Assembly (NCBI GenBank): GCA_964016885.1
Contig: OZ024742.1
Coordinates: forward strand, 237,460,001 to 237,524,000
DNA: 64,000 nucleotides
From: Eledone cirrhosa
Taxonomy: Eukaryota
Direction of reading: 5' to 3'
The notes under the pieces are model-generated. The model was not told the DNA's origin. It did not search any database and saw nothing but the letters and a program-made list of their open reading frames with translations. This document shows, one piece after another, positions 25,691-37,988 of this stretch; positions within the stretch are counted from its first letter, which is position 1; each line of letters begins with the position of its first letter. The translations under genes and the position numbers were made by a program.

Positions 25691-26592
25691 CTCTAAATCA
25701 TTCTATGATCTTACTGTCTTGGTAATATTTCAATCCAGAGGTAGAATCAACAAAGCGCCTAGTAAAGGAGTTGTGGTATATAATTGCATTTATGTTCTGA
25801 GTTAAAATTTCGTCAGAGTTGGCTTTGCATTTATTTCATCACGGAATCGATCAAATAAATCCCATTTAGTTGACTATCCTTTCTCAATTTTTCATGTACC
25901 TTATGGCACCGAATTTGTATTTCAACAACAACAAACACTCGGCAAGGATAAGGTGTGATCAACACCTAGGATGGTGCTGCTGCTACATGCACTTACATCC
26001 ATACCCACATTCAAAGAAAAGCCACTCAACTGACTGGCATATGTTGTTCACCAACACACCCCAACATCTGTCCGAAACCTTTTGTGTCCGTTCTCTGCCT
26101 TCCTGTGAGCGACACTAGATTGGATTGTTGCTAATTTAACATGTGGTCTTCCACAGAATCCCTAGTCTGCATTGTGTAATAACCTGACCTGTCTAATGAG
26201 TTAAGGTTATTAGACCACATACTAAAATGGTGCCAGTGAATTTTGATCTTCCGAGCTACCTGGTCTTGTGTCACATCCTCTCATCTCCTGTCTCATTCTT
26301 TTTCTCATAAGCCAATTTGTCCACCTCAAAACATGTCCCCTCACCTCCTCCGGAAGGTCTAACGCAGCACATATTGACTCTTTCAGCGGTAGACTTGAAA
26401 TTATATAAACTAAGTTTAACCAAATCTACCTCACCAGTTACGGAGGGTCTATGAAAGCCATGTGCATGCCCCCCCCCCCCTCACCAGATCAAACAAACAA
26501 GTAAAAATCAAGGTGATTTAAACACGACCAGTCACACGATAGATCGGATTCATTTGGTTATATTTCTTTCCGCTTGTTGCCGATAAGAACTA

Positions 26593-26595
<3 letters not shown>

Positions 26596-26686
<91 letters not shown>

Positions 26687-26705
26687 GCGCGCGCGCGCGC
26701 GCGCA
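26596..26705. repeat. (CA)n fused to a pure (CG)16 tract
   Basis: Uninterrupted purine/pyrimidine alternation; CG run at 26672-26704. Confidence 0.9.
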
Positions 26706-27197
26706 CCCCCCCCCCCCACACACACGGACGCGCACACACACACGGACACAGACAGACAGACAGACACGCACACACACACACACAATCAGACATGTATTCT
26801 TTATATAGTATGCTAATCTAAAAACAACTTTACACTTTCTTTTCTTAGATTGAAACTTTGTCACGAAGTCATTAACACTTTTATAGCGACAACATTAAAT
26901 TTTGATTTCTGCCCAATTCATTAGAAATATCAGCACGCGTTTCTGTTTATACAAGTCTGCACATTTACATTTGACTGGCAAAAGGGTAAATTATGGCAGG
27001 AATACTTTGTAGATATAGAAAAAAATGTCAGAGCAGTAGAAACATTTATTTAGATGACTAGAAGTCATTATGCCGTTGTAAATGGGATGTCTATTCTTTG
27101 GCTTCATGACATTAATGGACATATATTAATTGATTTATTAAAGGAAACTAAATTATGTGATATGTGAAAATGCTATATTGCTAATTAAATGTTTTTG

Positions 27198-27237
<40 letters not shown>

Positions 27238-27247
27238 AGTGTGTATA

Positions 27248-27311
<64 letters not shown>

Positions 27312-27628
27312 TGTGTGTGTGTGTGTCTGTGTATATATATTGTTATACGTGGGGAGGGTCATATTGTTATAATATTGCCAGAAATAATAACAGAACACGC
27401 TCACTGTTTGGTTTGGGTTGCTTTTCGCTTCTGTATCTTTTATATCTCCATAGTTAATTTATTTGGCAATCAATGTTTATCATTGTGTATATATATATAC
27501 AATCAATGTTTTCATGTGTGTGTGTGTATATATATATATAAGGTAAATTATTCCGCGTGGAATCGGAGGTAACCACAGTAAGTAAGGTACTCAATACATA
27601 GCAGAGTATAAAAGTTTTAATATAGATG

Positions 27629-27679
27629 AGATTCTACAGGACTAGAGCTGTTTCATTCTTTAGAAATCATCAGGAATCT
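27629..27679 (-). ncRNA. Type I hammerhead ribozyme
   Basis: Minus strand: AGATTC-CTGATGA-TTTCTAAAGAAT-GAAA-CAG(CTCTAGTC)CTG-TA-GAATCT. Helix I is 6 bp, GUA site, weak helix II. Confidence 0.7.
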
Positions 27680-28118
27680 GGCTTTCCAAAAATAAATGTT
27701 GTGGTATTTATATCTTTTTATGTGGTAGGTGAGGGTGGGGAGTGGGATGGGTGGAGGCCATTGGTTGAAAGAAAAGGGAATTCATTAAAAGCTAATTCTT
27801 TAAGGCTATAATTTATATTTAGAGGGACAAAGGCAGAAAGAATTCTATAAACAAGTTTAGAATGGGGTGCCACTCCTTATTTTTAAGTTTCTCTTACGCT
27901 AACAATGCCTATAATTTAGGTGTCTATAAGATGGTTGGGGGTCGGTCATGGTTGATGGATTTAAAGAAAAGGGAAATTCTTTAAAAGCTAATTCTTTAAA
28001 GCCCTAATTAGAATGACAAAAGCCAAGAGAATTCTATAAACCAGTTCAAAATATTGGGTGCCTATCATATCATTATTGTCATATTTCTCTTAAGCTATAT
28101 TCCAGGTGTCAACAGACA

Positions 28119-28222
<104 letters not shown>

Positions 28223-28289
28223 CACATATACATATATATATACATATATATATATATATACATATATATACATATATATACATATATAT

Positions 28290-28386
<97 letters not shown>

Positions 28387-28585
28387 TATACATATATATA
28401 CATATACATACACATATATATACATATTCATACATAATATACACATATATAAACATATACATACACATCTACAGAAATACACATATACAAAATACATAAA
28501 CACATACACAAATATATATATATACATATATATGTATATGTTTATATATATGTGTATATATATGTGTATGTGTGTATATGTATAC

Positions 28586-28865
<280 letters not shown>

Positions 28866-28906
28866 CATATACACACATACACACATACACATATATATAC
28901 ACATAC

Positions 28907-29808
28907 ATGGGCGAGATACTGCAGAAACAATACTGCTCTGTGTTCAGCAACCCTGATATGGCCGATCTGGGCCGTATCAGTGATATTAACCCCCAACACA
29001 CTATATCAACATAACGTTTGGCGCCCCTGATGTCTTAGCGGCAATAAACGAAATTAAACACAATTCAGCAGTAGGCCCCGACAGGTTCCCTGCTTGTGTC
29101 CTAAAGGTGTGTTGACACCAACTTGCAACTCCTCTTGCTAATCTGTGGAGGAACTCACTGGACACTGGCTATATTCCTGAACACTTTCTGTCCCAGTCCG
29201 TTGTCCGTGTCTTCAAAAAGGGAAATAAGTCCCTTGCAGTGAACTACCGCCCGATCTCACTCACCTCTTATATTATCAAGGTATTTGAGAGGGTAGTGAG
29301 ATCATGAATAATCCACTTTCTTGTGAAAGCAACGGCCTGCTGACCTCCAACCAACATGGGTTCCGTAATGGAAGGGACTGCCTAACGCAGCTCCTGCATC
29401 ACTTTGACGATGTTTTGAGAGCCTTGGGAGAGGGCTCGATCACTGATATCATCTAGCTTGATTTCAGCAAGGCCTTCGACAGGGTTGATCATAAGATTCT
29501 ACTGAAAAAACTATCCAATGTTGGTGTCTCTGGAAGGTTACTACAGTGGATCAAATGTTTCCTGACAGGCAGAACCCAGCATTTTGTAGTCGAAGGAGTA
29601 AAATCAAGCCCTGCCAAAGTCAGCAGTGGCGTCCCACAGGCACTGTGTTGGGCCCACTTCTTTTCATCATCTACATTAATGACATTACTGACATCATCAA
29701 ACACAGTAACATCAGAATCTTCGCAGATGATTCCAAGCTCCAAAGGGTTATCAATGAGGTGGGTGACCGGACTTGCCTTCAGTCAGACGTACTGGCTGTT
29801 ATCCAATG
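28907..29808 (+). pseudogene. CR1/L2-group LINE reverse transcriptase fragment
   Basis: NSAVGPD, NYRPISLTS, DFSKAFDRVDH, GTVLGPLLFIIYINDI and IFADDSK motifs, with stops and frameshifts. Confidence 0.9.
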
Positions 29809-30263
29809 GCGTTTTTAAAGCATTTTAGGTTTTTTTGAGGCGTTACGTCTGACTGATTTCCTTGAAATTGTAACTATGTATTAGTCAGTCTCTTCTTCAT
29901 ACCGTGAGCAAAGACATCCAACTTTTTTATGGCCTAGGGCCCGCATTAGGTGAATAACTTCATTTTTTCCAGCTTTTGAGGGCTTTTTTGAGGCGTTACG
30001 GCTAGCCGATTTTCCCGAAATTTCAAGGCATATTATGCACATAAAAAAAATTCATTTTTTTGATCCGCTAGGGCCCGCATTAGATGAAAACCTGCATTTT
30101 TCCTGCTTCATCGAGGAAAATCTTAAAGATTATCCAGCCATCAGAGTATTCGGTTTATTTTCTTTACATATTGTCCAGGCATGCAGTTTTTCCACGATTA
30201 GGTCTGTTGGCGGCCCATGTTCCAAAATACCTTATCCCGTGCAACGCCGGGTACCACTGCTAG
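29809..30263 (+). mobile_element. Helitron 3' part (same family as 22915-23517)
   Basis: Aligns to ~23099-23517; ends CCCGTGCAACGCCGGG...CTAG. Confidence 0.85.
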
Positions 30264-30778
30264 TATATATATATATATATATATATATTAATTTGTGAGA
30301 GTAAATATATTAATTTGTGAGAGTAAATTTTACTCATTTAGTTACAACTAACTCTATAAATAATATTAGCACACACATCAACAGTAATATTCCAATTAAT
30401 ATTATTAACCTGAGATATAATCCCTCATACTAACTCTATTATTAATCCAAATTGTAACTGTAAAAATTAAACACTATGTCCACTTAACTGTAATTGCTTA
30501 ACTGATAATATACTATATTGTTGTACAGTTAACATCTCTCGACAGTCTAAACTTTACATAGGAGCTACCTCAAATAGTTTTCAAACAAGATTTAATTCCC
30601 TCTTTATAATTTTAGAAGGCCTAAATTAAAACATATGACGTCATTAGCTAGTTATATCTGAGAATTATAAAATAAGAACATACCATATACATTAAATTCG
30701 GAAATATTAGGTAGATTTTCCACTTATAAACCTAACAATAGAATATATATATATAAATAAAAATAAATGAATAAATAA

Positions 30779-30941
<163 letters not shown>

Positions 30942-31089
30942 GAGGTTATAGTTCACTTGAAGCATTGTGTAATGAGGTATAAACGTTTGAATATGTATAA
31001 TAAAGCCAAAACAATGCAGGTAGAAAAAAGAATGCAATTGCAAAAGATATTGTTGACAAATCGTCTTTTACCTTAGATTTATTTAAATG

Positions 31090-31126
31090 TCCTTAATTTT
31101 CGAGATAATATCTCTTCTTCAGAGGG
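31090..31126 (-). ncRNA. Minimal hammerhead-like motif
   Basis: CCT-CTGAAGA-A-GAGAT(ATT)ATCTC-GAAA-AT-TA-AGG; helices I and III are very short. Confidence 0.5.
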
Positions 31127-31498
31127 AAATAAAGGTCTCAAACCAGCCTTCTAAATATCTTGCCAAGCCATGCTGACAGGAAATAGTATAGAGTATCTTA
31201 ATGTCAAAGAGTTTAAATTAGATGGATAAAGAGTAGTCTCCCTTTAAAAGGGGGTTTGTTTAGGGTTTTTTTTATTTTTTTTTATATACATGCCTGTTTA
31301 AGTGTGTGGGAGAATGCATGAAGGTGTAAGTATGTGAGTGTGTGTGTGTGTGAGTGTGAGAAGATAAGTCTATTCGTAAATGTGGGGGATAGGTGTTATC
31401 TGGTGTTAGAACTGGTTTTGTGTGTGTATGTGTGAGAGAGAATAAGTGGAGGTGTAAGCGTGTGTGTGGGGTGTGTAAATATGGGGCTAGAAGCCCTA

Positions 31499-32169
31499 TC
31501 AGGTTATAAATTGGGTGTTGAGTTCTAGTCTATTATTGATTGGTGGTTGTGTTTTATCTATAATTAGTGCTTCCTTAATTCTAAGATTGCCGAGGTTTCT
31601 TTCCTTAGTTTCTATCCTAACTGTTATGGCTTTGTCGGTGTTTTTGCATTTACCTAGGTGTTTCTTAAATGAGGAAGCGTTAGTATTGAGGTGTTCTTTT
31701 ATTCTTATGTGGAGTGGTCTGGTGGTGCTACCTACGTAGAAGTTGTTGCATTTGTCACACTCTAGTCTGTATACGACGTAAGCCTGGTGGCATAGGTCTG
31801 TGTCGTTGATGGGGCAGTTGGCTAGTCTGCAGCAGTTGTCATGTCTGGTGGAGTGTCTTTTGGTTAGCTGTCCGCGTAGAGAAGGACCTGAGTGGGCCAG
31901 TTGGATATCTAGTCCCTCTCGTCTGATGGCTCTGCGGATGGCTGTTGTTGTTTCTTCACTGAAGTGTGGGAGCTTCAGGAAGCAAGTGTTAGTGCCTCGG
32001 GTGTGGTGTCCTCTGTTCTTTCTGGCACGGTTTGTGGTGGATGTCGTGTATCCGTTCAGTTTGAGTACTTCCAGGAAATGTGTGGTGTGTGTGTCTCGGT
32101 CTCCAGCGTCGGTGCATTTGTTCCGGATACGTGCCAGTTCGTTCCTTATGTATCCGAACTTGGCACCGA

Positions 32170-32170
<1 letters not shown>
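31499..32170 (-). CDS. Open 223-aa frame (no ATG): Penelope-like RT thumb/linker, Cys-rich knuckle and GIY-YIG endonuclease
   Basis: Manual translation: KFGYIRNELARI...LKLNGY...CCRLANCPINDTDLCHQAYVVYRLECDKCNNFYVGSTTRPLHIRIKEH...RIKEALII...PPINN...*. Length 672 nt with no internal stop. Confidence 0.85.
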
Positions 32171-32243
<73 letters not shown>

Positions 32244-32246
<3 letters not shown>

Positions 32247-32986
32247 AGTGGAAGCTTAGTAAAATCGAAGCTTTGACTGTGGCCAAGCTAACGACCTACA
32301 ATTAGGAATGTGCAGCAAAGCACTCAATAAGGTAGGACCTTAGAGTAATAACATACGCTTAGACAGCTTGACAAATTGAAAATTGCGGCAGACCTAGCCA
32401 CACAATACCAAAAACAACGAAAAAACTAATCAGGTTAGACAACTGACCTGGACATATCAAACGATATTTAGCAATACGTCCGATAGGTTTCTATAAATTC
32501 GAAATCATTCATCCAACTTACGTAATATGTAAGCCTGCGGTATTCCATGATCGAACAGAGGATTCACGTCATCAACAGGAAATTTCTTTCTATGCCTCAA
32601 GCTGGTGTGGAATGTAACGCCGAACTGCTATCGTTGGCAGCCCCCAGTGTTTCACTGTCACGTGTTATTTCCAACAAGGGAAGTAACCCCCGGTTTTTGA
32701 CGGGTAAATTCAAAGCGTGAACAAAGGAAATCAATTCCGTTCCACATTCCGAATGAAAAGCTCTCGACTAGACGTTATTAAACAAACATAAATAATTAAC
32801 CAATCAATGGAATTGTCTAATTGAATTAATTAGTTAATTATTAAGTCTAGGAGATAATATACAAATGGAAGCTTAGTAAAATCGAAGCGTTGGTTGTGGC
32901 CAAGCTAACGACCTACAATTAGGAATGAGCAGCAAAGCACTCAATAAGGTAGGCCTTAGAGTAATAACATACGTTTGGACAGCTTG
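32244..32986. mobile_element. Unclassified element with ~125-bp direct terminal repeats
   Basis: 32244-32370 is repeated at 32861-32986. Starts at a TA array; the right end is interrupted by a SINE. Confidence 0.65.
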
Positions 32987-33229
32987 GCGTGAAGGCGTGT
33001 GGTTGAGTGGTTAGGGAATTGGATTCGCAATCGTGAGGTTGTGAGTTCGGTTCCCGGACCAGGCGATGCGTTATGTCCTTGAGCAAGACACTTTATTTCA
33101 CGTTGTTCTTTCTACCTGGAGTTACGAGCGATAGATAGTATTAGCAACTGGAAAGACCAACGGAAACATTGTTTCCTCAGTTCGATTTGACGAAAGTCGA
33201 TCGATATAAAAAAAAAATATATATATATT

Positions 33230-34460
33230 CAGGGCTGCTCAGTTCTTTGAGGACACGTATTTTTTAATAACTCCAACTTTTTTCTAACTTGTTATGGTTA
33301 TCATTTGTTTTTAGATAAATGATGACAGGCATCAAGTTTGCTCAGCAAATGAAAAGCTACGCTGCAATCATTGTCTTAAAAGCAGAGCATAGTCATTTAG
33401 AGATTTCTCGCTTTCAAAAAGATGCACGGTCGTTTGTTGTCAAAGTTCGCAAAGAACCGGAAGACATTGACAGGCATTGTACAGCAGTAGCTAAAGGTAA
33501 AACATCTTCTAAGGATCCTGATACCACCAGAACACCCAAATATGTTTGAAAGGGGTAAAGGTGTAGAAAATTATCAATAAGAAGCATAGAAAGTTAATTA
33601 GCGCCATTGCTAAGGAACCCAAGGTTTCAAAGCCCACTATCGGAATAAATGTGCATGTGAACCTTTGATAGAGGTCATATGTGATGCGGAGAGGTCAATT
33701 CATGTCTGATTCGTGCAAAGCGCTTGCTAAACAAATTGAAGCATCAAGAAACTGGAATGGTTTGCTTTTTCTCTAATGAGAAAAACTTTGATCAGGACCG
33801 ATGAAATAACATATGGTTTATGCAGGGACCCTAAAGACGTTCCAATTGTCATGCACAGAAAGTTTCTGGCAACTGATGGTTTAGGGAATCGTGAGAAAGA
33901 AGGGAGATGTTTTGCCTCCTCACTTCTTTACCTAGGGCTTATGAGTCAATATTGGTGACTATAAGCAGGTGTTGTAGAGGACCGTGAGGTTTTGGACAGA
34001 GAGCGTTAGCAAAGAAAGACTGTAGATCAAACAACAAGACTCTACGACGTCTCATAAGGCCAAGTCGATCCAAGAATAGATGAGTTACAATATTCTCGGT
34101 CATGTCACCCCAAGTATATGGCTTCCTAATTCTCCACACCTGAATCCTATTGATACGTATGGCGTGTAGTCGAGAGGGAAAATCAATCAATGCTCCCATA
34201 ACACAATAAAATCTATGAAGTTCGCTACATAACTAGCATAATGTCCAAAATAGATAATGATCATCTGATTTGGGCATGTCAACGTTTCAGACATCGTATT
34301 GAAGCAGTTATCCATGCTAATGACAGATTCATTGAGTAGAGGCATGAAAATGAGACTCAAGATTATTCATGCCAATTTTTCTCAAATAAAGCTCTTCTTT
34401 CACGACTTTTGCAAATTTTACTAAATTTATGCAGATGTCCTCAAAGAACTGAGAAATATG
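33230..34460 (+). mobile_element. Degenerate Tc1/mariner-superfamily transposon (possibly DD37D/maT-like)
   Basis: TIR core CTCAGTTCTTTGAGGACA at both ends. Broken transposase with FSNEKNF, QQDS and WLPNSPHLNPID motifs. Confidence 0.8.
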
Positions 34461-35119
34461 TAAATCTTGAATTGTCAGAGCCGTTGTGTCATCGAATAGA
34501 ATGCTTCGTGGTGTTCGTTTCGGCTCTCTGCGTCCTGAGCTCAAATCCTGCAGAAGCCAACGTTATCTTTTATCTTTTCAAGGCCTTGCCGGGTCCATTT
34601 TTCGTCTTTATCTCTTTCTTACTTCCTCTCTCTGGCTATGTCTCTTTCTTCGTAAGAAATCAGCTGTGGTCAAACTTAGATAGGGATAAGCTTACATACC
34701 CAATACACCCAGTATACCCCTACTGCGCCCCTAGGATCTAATATATTATACAAACAATAAAGTACTCAGTAAATCTAGAGCATATTTATTGAAGCATCGC
34801 TGTGAAACTCCGAGTAGCAACAGAAAACGGGACGAATGTTTTATATAGATGTTAATTGGTTATTCTGTAAAAAAAAACATCAACAGAGAGAGAGGTTTTA
34901 GAGCGTCGTCTTTGAGGAAGGACTGGACGTAGTAATTAGCGTGGGACACTGGCGCCTTGGACACACGATGACTAATAGGAGGAAAAGAACTACGTCAGCC
35001 ACGCATACATAAGAAAATGGGAGACGTGCGAAGACAGGCCAGAGAAGCAGAAACCATTGATATAGAGGGAGAAAAGGCAGAGAGATGACAATACGTCAGT
35101 GGGCCAGAATTACGGGCTT

Positions 35120-36685
35120 TGTGTATGTGTGTATGTGTGTATGTGTATGTGTGTATGTGTGTATGTATGTGTGTATGTGTGTATGTGTGTATGTGTGTAT
35201 GTGTGTGTGTATGTGTATGTGTGTATGTGTGTATGTGTGTATGTGTATGTGTGTATGTGTGTGTGTATGTGTGTATGTGTGTATGTGTATGTGTGTATGT
35301 GTGTATGTGTGTATGTATGTGTGTATGTGTGTATGTATGTGTGTGTGTATGTGTGTATGTGTGTATGTGTGTATGTGTGTGTGTGTATGTGTGTTTGTAT
35401 ATGTGTATGTGTGTATGTGTGTATGTATGTGTGTATGTGTGTATGTGTGTATGTATGTGTGTATGTGTGTATGTGAGTATGTGTGCATGTGTGTATGTGT
35501 GTATGTGTGTATGTGTCTGTATGTGTGTATATGTGTGTGTATGTGTGTATGTGTGTATGTGTGTATGTGTGTATGTATTGTGTATGTGTGTATGTGTGTA
35601 TGTATGTGTGTGTATGTGTGCATGCGTATGTATGTGTGCATGTGTGTGTATATGTGTGTATGTGTATATGTATGTGTGTATGTGTGTATGTGTGTATGTG
35701 TATGTGTGTATGTCTGTATGTATGCATGTGTATGTATGTGTGTATGCGTGCATGTGTGTATGTGTATGTGTATGTGTGTACGTGTGTATGTGTGTGTGTA
35801 TGTGTGTATCTGTGCATGTGTATATGTATGTGTGTATGTGTGTATGTGTGTATGTGTTATGTATATGTGTATGTGTGTATGTGTGTATGTGTGTATGTGT
35901 GTCTGTATGTGTGTATGTGTGTATGTGTGCATGTGTGTATGTATGTGTGTATGTGTGTATCTGTGTATGTGTATGTGTGTATGTATGTGTGTATGTGCGT
36001 ATGTGTGTATGTGTATGTGTGTATGTATAAGTGTATGTGTGTATGCGTGCATGTCTATGTGTGTGTATGTGTGTATGTGTATGTGTGTATGTGTGTATGT
36101 GTGTATATGTGTATGTATGTGTATGTGTGTATGTGTGTATGTGTGTATGTGTATTTGTGTATGTGTGTATGTGTGCATGTGTATGTATGTGTGTATGTGT
36201 CTGTGTGTATGTGTGTATGTGTGTACGTGTGTATGTATGTGTGTATGTGTGTATGTGTGCATGTGTATGTGTGTATGTGTGTATGTGTGTATGTGTGTAT
36301 GTGTGTATGTGTGCATGTGTATGTGTGTATGTCTGTACGTATGTGTGTATGTGTATGTGTGTATGTACGTGTCTATGTGCATGTGTGTATGTGTGTATGT
36401 GTGTATATGTATGTGTGTATGTGTGTATCTATGTGTGTATGTGTGTATATGTGTATGTGTATGTGTGTATGTGTGTATGTATGTGTGCATGTGTGTATGT
36501 ACGTGCGTATGTGTGTATGTGTGTATATGTATGTGTGTATGTGTGTATCTATGTGTGTGTATATGTGTATGTGTGTATGTGTGTATGTATGTGTGTATGT
36601 GTACATGTGTACGTGTGTATGTGTGTATGTGTGTATGTATGTGTGTATGTATGTGTGTATGTGTGTGTTGTATGTGTGTATGTGT
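35120..36685. repeat. GTAT/GT compound minisatellite, ~1.57 kb
   Basis: GTGTAT/GTGTGTAT reiteration. Confidence 0.95.
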
Positions 36686-37303
36686 AAGACGCTTACTTCG
36701 TAATCATAAGCTCCCAGGTTCATTCAAATAACGTATTATCTGTTGGAAAATGTTCTTTATCATAGACTAGGGTCGACCCAAACTTTGTGAGTGAATTTGG
36801 AAGCCTTCGGATGGATTGCAACCGTCATTCAAAGGACCAGCATTGTCATACACTTTGTCACGAATCTCCAAGACAATTATGTTAAAGGTATGAGGAATAC
36901 TCAACCACTTACACATTAATTTCGCAATCAGGCATTTCTTTAACCAAACATCAGGAATACTCATCGTGGAAATCGATGGAGGTCCATAACATTACTTGTA
37001 AACCGTTTCACACGACTAATACAAATATTACTTAATAGAACTAACAGGTTCATGTGTCAGTATATAATGCGTGTATGTATATGTGAGTGTACGGGTGTGT
37101 GTACGTGTCTTTATGTACATGTATATGTTTACTTGTGTGTGTGTGTGTGTGTTTATGTGTCTCTGTGTGTGTATGTGCACGTGTGTATGTATACGTGCGT
37201 ACGTGTATGTGATGTATGAGTGTATATGAGTACGTGTGTTTATGTACGTAAGTGTGTGTGATGTATGTGTTTATGTGTACGCGTGTGCGCATTTTATGTA
37301 TGC

Positions 37304-37343
<40 letters not shown>

Positions 37344-37780
37344 ATGAGTGTGTATAAGTATTCATGTACATGTGTGTATGTGTGTGTACGTATGTGTGTC
37401 TATATTTGTGTATATGTGTGTGTATATTTATATATATTTGTGTGTGAGTATTCGTGTGAGTGTGTATTTGTGTATATGTATGTATAAATGTATATATTAT
37501 TATGAGTGTAAGTATTCATGTGTGTGTGGTTGTGTGTAGGTATATGTGTGTGTTTGTGTATATATATATATATATGTGTGTGTGTATGTGTGTGTATATA
37601 CATATATTTTGGTGTAAGTGTATATATATATATATATGCAAGTATATATATATATATATATGCAAAAGTTCTATTTAAATTGTTGGGATACAACAAGCAA
37701 ATATTTTTATAACTGATAAAAAGCACTCAACAAGTATTTGGAGTAAATATACGATATTAACAAATGGAAACTATATTTAT

Positions 37781-37988
37781 AAAACCATATTTATTTTATT
37801 ATACATATTTCAAGGACACCACGTTAAATTATGGTGTGCTTTCATCATACAAAATAATGGTTGCATTTTTTAAGGGTATGTCAATATTTATTTAGAAAAC
37901 TGATCTATATTGTATTTTGTCTGATGAAAGCACACCATAATTTAACGTGGTGTCCTTGAAATATGTATAATAAAATAAATATGGTTTT
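37781..37988. repeat. 76-bp inverted repeat whose arms are each a hammerhead motif
   Basis: Arms 37781-37856 / 37913-37988 with a 56-bp spacer; the left arm core reads ATGATGA on the minus strand. Confidence 0.85.
37913..37977 (+). ncRNA. Type I hammerhead ribozyme, intact core
   Basis: TATTTTGT-CTGATGA-AAGCACACCA...TGGTGTCCTT-GAAA-TATGTA-TA-ATAAAATA. Predicted cut after 37969. Confidence 0.8.

Noticed and set aside
34780-35110. Possible solo LTR (TATA and AATAAA on the minus strand)
   Set aside because: No TG..CA termini or TSD identified.
34995-37726. CVCM/THTY/YIYI ORFs here and at all TA arrays
   Set aside because: Microsatellite translations.
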